Source: Bacteroidales bacterium (GTDB lineage: Bacteria > Bacteroidota > Bacteroidia > Bacteroidales > P3). From it: 64,000 bases of DNA. This document shows positions 17,783-26,131 of this stretch, in pieces; the first letter of the stretch is position 1; every line of letters begins with the position of its first letter. The notes under the pieces were generated by a model. The model was not told the DNA's origin and searched no databases. It saw only the letters and a list, made by a program, of their open reading frames with translations. The position numbers and the translations under genes are program-made. The DNA lies in NCBI GenBank assembly GCA_017633985.1, contig JAGBOF010000033.1:3774-67773 (forward strand). The letters run 5' to 3'.

Positions 17783-18122
17783 TTGTTTGTCTGTGCAGAT
17801 TACCCGCTGCATCCCCCGGGTCTTATTGTTTTTATATTTTTGTTATTTGGAATTAAGACATAAAAAAGTAACCGTGAAACTTTCCTGTAATTTCCCCACG
17901 GTTTTCGACGACCCTTTCATAGATATACACGAAGCCCACGATTTCTCGCAGGCGAAAGACTTCGTTCTAAAATCTATAAAAGGTAACACTTCTTATGTTG
18001 TCGAAATTTGTGGGGAAGTGCAGAACTGTTAATCTAACGCTTTATTCTTTTATGTCATAATTTTATTACATGCTTATATCATATTATTTATTAGTTTAAG
18101 TATCTTAAAAAACTTGTTTTTG
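17783..18122 (-). promoter_or_regulatory. Long conserved 5' leader of LRR gene B (candidate cis-regulatory RNA)
   Basis: It shares with leader A the exact 15-mer GCCCACGATTTCTCG (17934-17948) inside a hairpin closed by CGAAG/CTTCG (17930-17964). It also shares ACCGTG..CACGGT (17871-17902) and CTAACGCTTTATT (near 18035). Confidence 0.5.
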
Positions 18123-18130
18123 CAAAAGTA
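18123..18130 (-). promoter_or_regulatory. -7 box TACTTTTG (LRR gene B promoter)
   Basis: The reverse complement of caaaagta, in the same context as 13600-13607. Confidence 0.55.
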
Positions 18131-18192
18131 CGAATAAAAATCTAAACGCAGTCAATTTAAACGGAAAAACAATTGTTTTTTGTTGCGTTTGC

Positions 18193-19032
18193 TTACTGTT
18201 TTGTTATTTCTGACTGCAACATATCAATTATTTCCTGCGTCAATACATCCTTACATTTGTCCCAAGGGATAAGAATGTCAGGCAGACCCGCAGCATACGG
18301 CGCTATCTCGTATTGTTGGTACTGTAATATCAGTCCGTCACCGGAGAAATAAGGAGCTTGTGCAGGCAAAGGTATTGACGGGCTGTCCAAAATCAACTGT
18401 TCTTTCAACTGTTGAACCGTCGCAACTTCGAAATAGTCCTTCAAACCGTCGGTAATGTATTGTAAAAGTTTGTTTTTGTCCTTTATCATGTTCCAACCGT
18501 ATGTCTTACCCGTTTTATTGTCGAAAGTCTGACTGTAAACAGTTGTCGAACCGTGGGCACCGCCCAAGAAACAATAATTCATTATTGAAAGGCTTGTCAG
18601 ATATGTGTTTTTGAAGGATACGAATATGCTGTCATGGTTTTCCAACAGCATGCCGTCTTCAAAGAACATGTCTTCGTCTTTGTTTGCCGACGCTTCTTTC
18701 ATTTTCTGCTGCGAATAATAAGTCACAAGAGCCTGCGCATCGGTTCTGTTGCCTTTGAATGCGGGCATTTTGCCCTCTTCCGAAAAAGGATTGTAGCTTA
18801 ACACGGTGTCAATCCACATACGCACCGAATCCAGATATTGTTTCTCTCCGCTTACAGGATATTCCGCCCAAACGGATGAGCTGCATGTCTTATCGGAATG
18901 CGCTGCGTGAAATGCTTTGTACTCTGCTGATTGGATATTTCCGCTTTCGGCTGATGTATGTTGCTTATTGCATGCGGCAAACAGGCAGATTATGCCCGCT
19001 AAAGCCAATGATAGTTTACTTAAATGTCCCAT
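18193..19032 (-). CDS. DUF3298/DUF4163-like lipoprotein (RsiV-type domain)
   Basis: 279 aa. The lipoprotein signal is LALAGIICLFAAC. The FLGGAHG motif is followed by a TxxFDxxTGK pattern typical of DUF3298. Confidence 0.6.
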   Translation of the reverse strand: MGHLSKLSLALAGIICLFAACNKQHTSAESGNIQSAEYKAFHAAHSDKTCSSSVWAEYPVSGEKQYLDSVRMWIDTVLSYNPFSEEGKMPAFKGNRTDAQALVTYYSQQKMKEASANKDEDMFFEDGMLLENHDSIFVSFKNTYLTSLSIMNYCFLGGAHGSTTVYSQTFDNKTGKTYGWNMIKDKNKLLQYITDGLKDYFEVATVQQLKEQLILDSPSIPLPAQAPYFSGDGLILQYQQYEIAPYAAGLPDILIPWDKCKDVLTQEIIDMLQSEITKQ

Positions 19033-19061
19033 TATGATAACCGTTATATGTTAAATTTCTG

Positions 19062-19069
19062 CAAAAATA
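19062..19069 (-). promoter_or_regulatory. -7 box TATTTTTG (DUF3298 gene)
   Basis: The reverse complement of caaaaata, about 30 nt upstream of the ATG at 19032. Confidence 0.5.
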
Positions 19070-19207
19070 CATCTTTTTGCGTTAATTCGGCAGATTAATC
19101 GGAACAATTATCTTTTTGCGGCATTATTTTGTCGTTTTACCGTGGGTGTTCGGCGTATTTCGGATGCCTTTTGGCGGAATAATCCCGCCCTTAAGCATAA
19201 TAATTTT

Positions 19208-19310
19208 GCCCCGTGCCGTATTATTTTCAAAAAAAGGGTTTTTTACACAGAAAAAAACAGTTTTTTTAGGTCAAAAAAAGGGTTTTTTTGAAAATAATAC
19301 GGCAAGGGGC
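19208..19310. repeat. Large imperfect palindrome in a divergent promoter region
   Basis: The 28-nt arm GCCCCGTGCCGTATTATTTTCAAAAAAA (19208-19235) pairs with TTTTTTTGAAAATAATACGGCAAGGGGC (19283-19310) with one mismatch. The 47-nt spacer holds two AAAAAAAGGGTTTTTT direct repeats and a central AAAAAAACAGTTTTTTT. Confidence 0.7.
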
Positions 19311-19398
19311 GGCGTTAATAAGTGACAAGGCATCAATAAGAAGCAAAAAGTACACGGGAAAGCGTAATTTTGGTAAGGTTATATGTATGAAAAAAGTT

Positions 19399-19406
19399 TA
19401 ATTTTG
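19399..19406 (+). promoter_or_regulatory. -7 box TAATTTTG (aldo/keto reductase)
   Basis: TAnnTTTG match about 40 nt upstream of the ATG at 19445. Confidence 0.55.
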
Positions 19407-19444
19407 CAATAGAATCAGAATAATATATAAAAAACATACAGCAA

Positions 19445-20290
19445 ATGAAAGAGATAAAATTAAACAACGGCGTTATGATGCCGCAAATCGGCTACGGAGT
19501 ATTCCAAGTAGAGCCTGCAGAATGCGAAAGATGCGTTGCCGATGCTTTAAAAGTCGGTTACCGCATGATAGACACTGCCCAGGCTTATTTTAATGAAGAA
19601 GGCGTCGGTGCAGCAATACGCAAAAGCGGAATAAACCGCAAGGAAATTTTCTTGGTTTCGAAGATATGGGTCTCCAATTACGGTTACGACAAAGCAAAAG
19701 CAAGCATTGATGAATCTTTGCGCAAACTCAGCACGGATTATATTGATTTGATGTTGCTACATCAGCCTTTCGGCGATTATTACGGTGCATACAGGGCAAT
19801 GGAAGATGCATACAAGGAAGGAAAATTGCGTTCGGTGGGAGTAAGTAACTTTTACGCTGACCGTTTTATCGATTTGGCTTCGAATTTTGAGATTAAGCCT
19901 GCCGTAAATCAGATGGAGACACACGTATTTTGCCAACAGCAGGAGTTAAGCAAGTACCTTAAGGATTTCGGTACGTACCTTATGGCATGGGGTCCGCTTG
20001 CCGAGGGCAGAAACAACTTCTTTACCCATCCTGTGTTGACGGATATTGGCAAAAAGTATAATAAGAGTGCTGCGCAGACGGCTTTGAGATATTTATTGCA
20101 AAGGGATGTTATCATAATTCCGAAGTCCACCCATGCAGAACGCATGCAGCAGAATTTGGATATACTTGATTTTGAATTAACCGGCGAAGATATGGACAGG
20201 ATTCAGCAATTGGATGAAAAGCATTCGTTGATTATGGGTTCGCATCAAGATCCTGAAGTAGTCAAATGGTTTATGGATTTTATTAAATAG
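19445..20290 (+). CDS. Aldo/keto reductase family oxidoreductase
   Basis: 281 aa with AKR signatures (GYG.FQV, GYRMIDTA..Y.NE, LLHQP, IPKS....R...N). Confidence 0.9.
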   Translation: MKEIKLNNGVMMPQIGYGVFQVEPAECERCVADALKVGYRMIDTAQAYFNEEGVGAAIRKSGINRKEIFLVSKIWVSNYGYDKAKASIDESLRKLSTDYIDLMLLHQPFGDYYGAYRAMEDAYKEGKLRSVGVSNFYADRFIDLASNFEIKPAVNQMETHVFCQQQELSKYLKDFGTYLMAWGPLAEGRNNFFTHPVLTDIGKKYNKSAAQTALRYLLQRDVIIIPKSTHAERMQQNLDILDFELTGEDMDRIQQLDEKHSLIMGSHQDPEVVKWFMDFIK

Positions 20291-20321
20291 GCGATTGATT
20301 TGACGGAAATAACATAATAAG

Positions 20322-20360
20322 AAAAGTCAGCAACATATTAAATTAAGTTGCTGACTTTTT
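20322..20360. terminator. Bidirectional intrinsic terminator between convergent genes
   Basis: Perfect 13-bp stem AAAAGTCAGCAAC/GTTGCTGACTTTT with A/T runs on both sides. Confidence 0.75.
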
Positions 20361-20394
20361 AATTGGATGTTTTCCTCAAACGGATAACGGAGAT

Positions 20395-23013
20395 TTAGTT
20401 ATCAAAGATTATTTCTCCTGTTTCGGAACTGTAAGTGAACGGTCCGAAATCTTTCAATCCGTTTTTATTTACTATCATCGTGTATTCCATTCCTGATTTT
20501 ACTATGACTTCGAATTTTTCTGCGGTATATTTGCCTATTGATGCGTTTTTGAAAATAAGAACGGCGTTTTCCAAAATTTCTCCCTTGGAGTTAAATGCTC
20601 TTTCTCTGTCTTTGAAGTTCTCTTTTGTTATTCGGCCCGTCTTTAAAAACTTCATAGCCTGATCCCAATCCAATACAGCGGCGTCGCGGTACTTCTCGTC
20701 ATAGATTACAGGCACTGCCGCACCGTTTAATATGATATACAATTGTGCTTTATTGCCGTCAATCATCGTGATAGGGATATGGTTGTCCGTATAAACGATA
20801 GGAATATCCACGGTAGGTTGCGGTTTGTTGCCGCTTACTATGTCCACAACGGCAGAATTCAATGCCGCATCCGCCAAAGAGTCTTTGACATGTTGCGGAA
20901 CGTAATCGGTTCGTAATATTCTGAATTCCGTACGGCGGTTAAGCTGATGGGCAGCTTCTCTTTCGTCTTTTGTTTTCAGAGAATTGATATAATCGTCGGT
21001 CAATGTTATACCTTTAGGGAATTGATAGGTTTTCTTGCCTATCGTTACGAAAGCTTCGCGTTTAAGAGTCCGTGGTACTCTTTCTCCGTAGCCCTTTGCC
21101 ACCAAACGGTCAGGTTCTATTCCTCTTGCAACCAAGAAATCCACAACGCTTTCCGCACGTCTTTGGCTTAAAGTATCGTTAGTCAATGCAGGGAAAGGAC
21201 GTGAATCGGTATGTGAACCGAGTTCTATAACGTAGGTAGGGTTGTTTACAAGAATAACAAGCAAATCAGATAAAGAATCCTGATATTGGTCCAATAATTC
21301 CCAGCGTGATAAATCGTAGCGTATCTCCGGCAAAACGATAGGTTCTTTAGGTATAGGTTGCAAACGGAAGTTATGAACCAGGTCTTTGGAAGTCGTAAGT
21401 CCGACTGTCGTTTCTTTGCCTTCGGCGTTCATATAATCAATCTGCGATACCTTCAAACTGTAATTAACGTTGTATCTTATCTGTTCGTTGTTGAAAGCAT
21501 ATTTTCCTTCAAAGTCAGTACGGGTTTCTATTTGCGAATTGTCATCCCCGATAAGCTTTACTTTTGCTCCCGCAATGGTTTGCATGCTTTTGTCGTCCCT
21601 TACCTCTCCGCTTAAAGTGAAGATCAACGGTGCGCGGTAGAAGGAATATATATCATAACCTCCAACGCCGCCTTCTCTGTTGGAAGAAAAATATCCGCTT
21701 TCTTCAGCAGAAAGACTTTCGTCTTCGTTATAATTGAATATCATGCCTATTTCGTCATAAGGCGTATTGATAGGATAACCCAAATTAACGGGTTCGCTCC
21801 ATTCTCCGTCGGAGTATTCGGTCATAAATATATCATAACCACCGATACCTTTCAATCCGTCGGAGGAATAATACAATCTGTTGTTTCCGCGTAAGGACGG
21901 AAATTCTTCTTTACCTTCCGTATTGATATGACTGCCCAGATTGGTTACATTTCCGAATTCTTCGTTTACATTGCTTCTGGTAGCTTTCCAGATATCATAA
22001 TCACCTTGTCCTCCGGGTCTGTTGGAAGAAAAATATATCGTAAGCTCGTCTTGCGTTACAGCAGGGTGAAAATAGTTGAATGAAGTATCACCCAAGTTTA
22101 ACATCACAAAGCTTTCGGTTGCGTTCTCTTTATCTTTGCTGTTCTTATTGTTCTTACTGTTTTTGTTATTGGCAGATTTCTTACTGCCTTTGGTTTGTTC
22201 TGGTTCTACGGGTGAAGAATAAATCGCACAGTTAAGTTGCAGATTTTTTTTGACGTTGCATCGGGAGAAATAGTAATGCGTAGTTTTGCCGTTAGTTATT
22301 TTAACCAATTCTCCTTCGTTGGCATCGGTGTTTATACCTGCAACGCTGATCGGCGAAGGCTCTCCGAAAACTCCGCTTTTCAATTTTGTTGCCGAATAAA
22401 TATCGGAAAAATATTCACCCGTCCACGCATCCTTATCCTTGCTCTCATCATTGTTGCGGGATGAAGAAAACGTAATGGCAGTGCATTCTTTCTGATTGTC
22501 CCAAGTAGGTTTCCAATCGTTCCATTCGGTGTTGAGGTTTTTCTCGTTGCGTATATCGTATTTACCAGGGTTAGCCATGGATTTTTTTGCGAATTCTATG
22601 CTTTCCAAACGCCTGATTGCAAGCGGATCGTTAGGAACAAGTTTTAAATATTCCTTATAATTGTACTCCGCATTGTCCCAATCGGAAAGGTATCGTTGGA
22701 AATCTGCCATGTAAAGGTATAATTTAGGCTGTACCTGATAGTATTTTGCCTTTACCAAGCGTTGATATGTCTTAATGGCGCGCTCTTTATCGTCAAGATA
22801 CCTGTAACATTCCGCTTTTTGCCACAAAATACGGTTTTTCTCCTGCCTGTTGGCTTTAACTTTGGCGTAAGCCTTATCGTAAAGTTCCACTGCCGTAATA
22901 TATTGTTGGGCATTGAAGGCTTCATCAGCCTTTTTTGTCAGCGAATTTTGCTGGGCAAATGCGTTGAGACTCAATACTGCAAACAGAATGAAAAGAATTC
23001 TTTTGATATTCAT
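20395..23013 (-). CDS. TPR / PD40 (TolB-like) repeat / OmpA-domain outer-membrane-associated protein with an extra C-terminal domain
   Basis: 872 aa with a signal peptide and N-terminal TPR-like helices. It has repeated SS.R.GG.G.YDI(W/F/Y) PD40 units and an OmpA_C peptidoglycan-binding domain (GHTDS ... LSQRRAESV ... NRRTEF). About 170 further residues follow. Confidence 0.8.
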   Translation of the reverse strand: MNIKRILFILFAVLSLNAFAQQNSLTKKADEAFNAQQYITAVELYDKAYAKVKANRQEKNRILWQKAECYRYLDDKERAIKTYQRLVKAKYYQVQPKLYLYMADFQRYLSDWDNAEYNYKEYLKLVPNDPLAIRRLESIEFAKKSMANPGKYDIRNEKNLNTEWNDWKPTWDNQKECTAITFSSSRNNDESKDKDAWTGEYFSDIYSATKLKSGVFGEPSPISVAGINTDANEGELVKITNGKTTHYYFSRCNVKKNLQLNCAIYSSPVEPEQTKGSKKSANNKNSKNNKNSKDKENATESFVMLNLGDTSFNYFHPAVTQDELTIYFSSNRPGGQGDYDIWKATRSNVNEEFGNVTNLGSHINTEGKEEFPSLRGNNRLYYSSDGLKGIGGYDIFMTEYSDGEWSEPVNLGYPINTPYDEIGMIFNYNEDESLSAEESGYFSSNREGGVGGYDIYSFYRAPLIFTLSGEVRDDKSMQTIAGAKVKLIGDDNSQIETRTDFEGKYAFNNEQIRYNVNYSLKVSQIDYMNAEGKETTVGLTTSKDLVHNFRLQPIPKEPIVLPEIRYDLSRWELLDQYQDSLSDLLVILVNNPTYVIELGSHTDSRPFPALTNDTLSQRRAESVVDFLVARGIEPDRLVAKGYGERVPRTLKREAFVTIGKKTYQFPKGITLTDDYINSLKTKDEREAAHQLNRRTEFRILRTDYVPQHVKDSLADAALNSAVVDIVSGNKPQPTVDIPIVYTDNHIPITMIDGNKAQLYIILNGAAVPVIYDEKYRDAAVLDWDQAMKFLKTGRITKENFKDRERAFNSKGEILENAVLIFKNASIGKYTAEKFEVIVKSGMEYTMIVNKNGLKDFGPFTYSSETGEIIFDN

Positions 23014-23070
23014 AGTTGTTATATATTTATTCCGTTATTTTCTCAAAAAGTAATACGATTTATCAAATCG

Positions 23071-23078
23071 CAAAGTTA
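23071..23078 (-). promoter_or_regulatory. -7 box TAACTTTG (OmpA-family gene)
   Basis: The reverse complement of caaagtta, about 60 nt upstream of the ATG at 23013. Confidence 0.5.
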
Positions 23079-23196
23079 CAAATAATTTTAATAATATAAT
23101 TTATTTTGCCCGATTTTCTTTAAAATTTAATCCCAAGAAGATGCAAAACGGATTTTTCAGCAACTGAAATTTATGCAAATTGACAACTTAAAGAAA

Positions 23197-23278
23197 TAAA
23201 ACGCCTGAATAATTTACTGACATCGCAGAATAATTTACTGACGTCGCAGAATAATTTATTAAAACGCCTTATTATTTT
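23197..23278. repeat. 21-nt phased array with direct-repeat configuration, in a divergent 5' region
   Basis: ACGCCT-GAATAATTTACTGACATCGCA-GAATAATTTACTGACGTCGCA-GAATAATTTATTAAAACGCC. The units are direct repeats and form no hairpin. Confidence 0.75.
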
Positions 23279-23301
23279 TGTATAATGTCGTTTTATTTGC
23301 G

Positions 23302-23309
23302 TATCTTTG
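23302..23309 (+). promoter_or_regulatory. -7 box TATCTTTG (gltX promoter)
   Basis: It lies inside the ORF-track N-terminal extension and supports the ATG at 23341. Confidence 0.6.
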
Positions 23310-23340
23310 CAAATTGAAAATTTATAACAATAAACGGATT

Positions 23341-24870
23341 ATGGAAAACAGAGTAAGAGTACGTTTTGCTCCGTCCCCAACGGGTCCTTTGCATATAGGA
23401 GGAGTCAGAACTGCATTATACAATTATTTATTTGCAAAGCAAAATGACGGAGACTTCCTTTTGAGAATAGAAGATACGGATCAGACGCGTTTTGTTGAGG
23501 GTGCGGAAGAATATATTATAGAATCATTCAAATGGTTGGGCTTGCAATTTGACGAAGGTGTGGGCATAGGTGGTCCTTACGGTCCGTATAAACAATCGGA
23601 ACGCAAACCTCTTTATAAGGATTACGCACTTGAATTGATTAATAAGGGTAAAGCATATTATGCATTCGATACCGCAGAGGAATTAGCCGCAAAGCGTACG
23701 CAGGCAGAAGCTGAGAAAAAGACTTTTCAATACGATTGTAAGACGAGAATGTCGCTTAAAAACTCGTTGTCATTGCCTGCAGATGAAGTAAAGCAACTTT
23801 TGGATTCGGGTATTCCGTATGTTATACGTTTTAAATTCGAAGAAGGCGAGACGATAGAGTTTGACGATTTGATAAGGGGGCATATTAAGATGGAATCGTC
23901 GCTTTTGGATGATAAGGTATTATATAAGAGTGACGGAATGCCTACTTACCATTTGGCAAATATAGTGGATGATCATCTGATGCGCATAACCCATGTGATA
24001 AGAGGTGAGGAATGGTTGCCGAGTTGCCCTTTGCATGTATCTTTGTACCGTGCTTTCGGATGGGAAAGCGATATGCCGCAATTTGCACATCTGCCTTTGA
24101 TATTGAAACCCGACGGCAAAGGCAAATTATCCAAACGTGACGGCGATAGATTAGGCTTCCCTGTTTTTCCGTTGGAATGGCACGATCCTAAATCGCAGGA
24201 AATTTCTTCGGGATACAGAGAAAGCGGATATTTACCGCAAGCCGTAGTTAATATGTTGGCACTTTTGGGGTGGAATGACGGAACCGAACAGGAAATATTC
24301 TCACTTGATGAACTTGTAAAGAAGTTTTCGATAGAGAGAATATCCAAACACGGAGCTAAATTCGATATGGAAAAAGCCAAATGGTTCAATCATCAGTATC
24401 TTCAGCAGGTTGATGACGATGTTTTGGCGCAGGAATATTTCAAAGAATTGCAACAAAAAGGCATATCAACGTCTTATCAAACCGTTATGCAGGTTGTGTC
24501 GCTTATAAAGGAAAGATGTTCTTTTGCAAAGGAACTTTGGCAAAACAGCGACTATTTCTTTGTCCGTCCTGCGGAGTATGCGGAAAAGGCTTTGAAGAAA
24601 CGTTGGAAAGAAGGAACGTCACAGGTTATGAAAACCATATCCGGGCATTTGCATAACATAGAAGACAATGATTGGGCACAGAAAGCGGAGGATTTTTTGA
24701 TGGATTACATTCAGAAAAACGAATTGAATATGGGGCAGATTATGAATTGTCTCCGTCTTTCGGTTGTCGGCGACACCAAAGGGCCGAATATGTTGGATAT
24801 AATGCAGGTTTTGGGTAAAGATGAGATACTTTACCGATTGGATACGGCAATTGAAAAAATTAATCTGTAA
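23341..24870 (+). CDS. gltX: Glutamate--tRNA ligase
   Basis: The N-terminus is [21 protein letters not shown] (HIGH motif) and a KLSKR (KMSKS) motif is present. The length is about 509 aa. Confidence 0.95.
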   Translation: MENRVRVRFAPSPTGPLHIGGVRTALYNYLFAKQNDGDFLLRIEDTDQTRFVEGAEEYIIESFKWLGLQFDEGVGIGGPYGPYKQSERKPLYKDYALELINKGKAYYAFDTAEELAAKRTQAEAEKKTFQYDCKTRMSLKNSLSLPADEVKQLLDSGIPYVIRFKFEEGETIEFDDLIRGHIKMESSLLDDKVLYKSDGMPTYHLANIVDDHLMRITHVIRGEEWLPSCPLHVSLYRAFGWESDMPQFAHLPLILKPDGKGKLSKRDGDRLGFPVFPLEWHDPKSQEISSGYRESGYLPQAVVNMLALLGWNDGTEQEIFSLDELVKKFSIERISKHGAKFDMEKAKWFNHQYLQQVDDDVLAQEYFKELQQKGISTSYQTVMQVVSLIKERCSFAKELWQNSDYFFVRPAEYAEKALKKRWKEGTSQVMKTISGHLHNIEDNDWAQKAEDFLMDYIQKNELNMGQIMNCLRLSVVGDTKGPNMLDIMQVLGKDEILYRLDTAIEKINL

Positions 24871-24978
24871 ATAATTTGCGGATATTTATTGTTTTGGTAA
24901 GTGTAAACAGGCTCTAAAGATGCCTGAAAAGACATTAAAGCAACATTATTTATCCTGACAGACATATAAGATAATAAA

Positions 24979-25020
24979 ACAAAAAAGGGCAGAGGCTTGA
25001 AATCCCTGTCCTTTTGTTTG
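24979..25020 (+). terminator. Possible gltX terminator (imperfect hairpin)
   Basis: AAAAGGGCAGAGG ... CCCTGTCCTTTT pairs imperfectly and is followed by GTTTG. It contains a mismatch and a bulge. Confidence 0.35.
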
Positions 25021-25090
25021 AAAAAAGCATTGTTCAGTCATTAAAAAGATTTTTAATCTGCATTTACGGACGTTAATACACAATTAAATC

Positions 25091-25990
25091 ATGGCAAAGG
25101 GTGTAAGAAATAAATTAATTTTGCTTGTTTTAGCGGTGATTATCACTGTTACGTCGTTTTTATCCGCCAAAAACCGTGCGGGCAATAATACTCAAGTACA
25201 GAGTTCACTTTATACGCAGACGGATGACGAGATTCCCGAAGAATTTATCGAAATCAGCAATCATTGCCGTTATACGGGCGTGGAATTTGCGGATAAAAGC
25301 CTTTTGACAATAGATAATATTATACCTACATCTGCAATACAATTGGATAAATACGACCATAAATATTTTGTTTTGGGTTATTCCAATAAGCATAAGCAAG
25401 CTGGATGGTGCACATGGATTCTTACAAAATATATGGTGCGGAATAAAAACGTCAAAAGGGAAAACCTTTTCCGCGAAGATTCGTTATTGAAATGTTGTAT
25501 GGCGTATAATTCGGATTATAACCGCAGCGGTTACGACAGAGGGCATCTTTGTCCGAGCGGTGATATGACTTGGGATAAGAAAGCTAACAGAGAGACGTTT
25601 GTTTTGAGTAATATTTGTCCCCAACATAAGAAACTGAATCAGGGGCGGTGGAATGATTTGGAGATTCTCTCACGTGCATGGGCTGGTAAGAATGACAGTC
25701 TGCTTATTATCACGGGTCCCGTCCTTAAACCCTCAAAAGGCACGATAGGTAAGGGAAATGTAACCGTTCCGTCGGCATTTTACAAAATTTTGATAGATAT
25801 TTCTTCGCCTAAATGCAAGGCAATAGCCTTTATAATGCCCAACGATGCAATCAAAGACAGACTTTTTTCCTACGCAACCACAATCAAGGAAGTGGAGAAG
25901 CAAACAGGGCTGAATTTCTTTCCTGAATACGACAAAAATAAGTTGATTCAAAACCTTGAAACAATGTGTGATACATCTGCATGGAAATAG
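25091..25990 (+). CDS. DNA/RNA non-specific endonuclease (Endonuclease_NS, DRGH type), secreted or membrane-anchored
   Basis: 299 aa with an N-terminal hydrophobic anchor (LILLVLAVIITVTSFL). The active-site motif is YDRGHLCPSGD and a downstream N (NICPQ) is present. Confidence 0.85.
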   Translation: MAKGVRNKLILLVLAVIITVTSFLSAKNRAGNNTQVQSSLYTQTDDEIPEEFIEISNHCRYTGVEFADKSLLTIDNIIPTSAIQLDKYDHKYFVLGYSNKHKQAGWCTWILTKYMVRNKNVKRENLFREDSLLKCCMAYNSDYNRSGYDRGHLCPSGDMTWDKKANRETFVLSNICPQHKKLNQGRWNDLEILSRAWAGKNDSLLIITGPVLKPSKGTIGKGNVTVPSAFYKILIDISSPKCKAIAFIMPNDAIKDRLFSYATTIKEVEKQTGLNFFPEYDKNKLIQNLETMCDTSAWK

Positions 25991-26003
25991 CACTGAAAAA
26001 AGA

Positions 26004-26080
26004 AGGCGTTAAAAAAAATTAATCACGCAGAATAATTTATTAATCACGCAGAATAATTTCTTAAAACGGCGTCTTATTTT
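26004..26080. repeat. 21-nt phased array with direct-repeat configuration
   Basis: TTAATCACGCAGAATAATTT occurs twice in tandem, followed by CTTAAAACGGCGTCTTATTTT. Confidence 0.75.
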
Positions 26081-26131
26081 CGGAATAAATAAAATTGATT
26101 ATTTGACAGGGATAACTCATAAATTATAAGG

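Noticed and set aside
17783-17812. Longer N-termini offered by the ORF track, for example MQRVICTDKQ for LRR gene B. Similar extensions occur at 23278, 31416, 36898, 36904, 38880, 41672, 41785, 48964, 50193, 53209 and 9655.
   Set aside because: The extensions lack signal-peptide or family-conserved sequence. In several cases they contain, or are overlapped at their first codon by, the gene's own TAnnTTTG box. The internal Met gives a canonical N-terminus.
19116-19325. 69-aa ORF across the palindromic element
   Set aside because: It is made of translated A/T/G homopolymer runs (KKGFF ... KKGFF mirrors the inverted repeat). It has no start context or promoter box.
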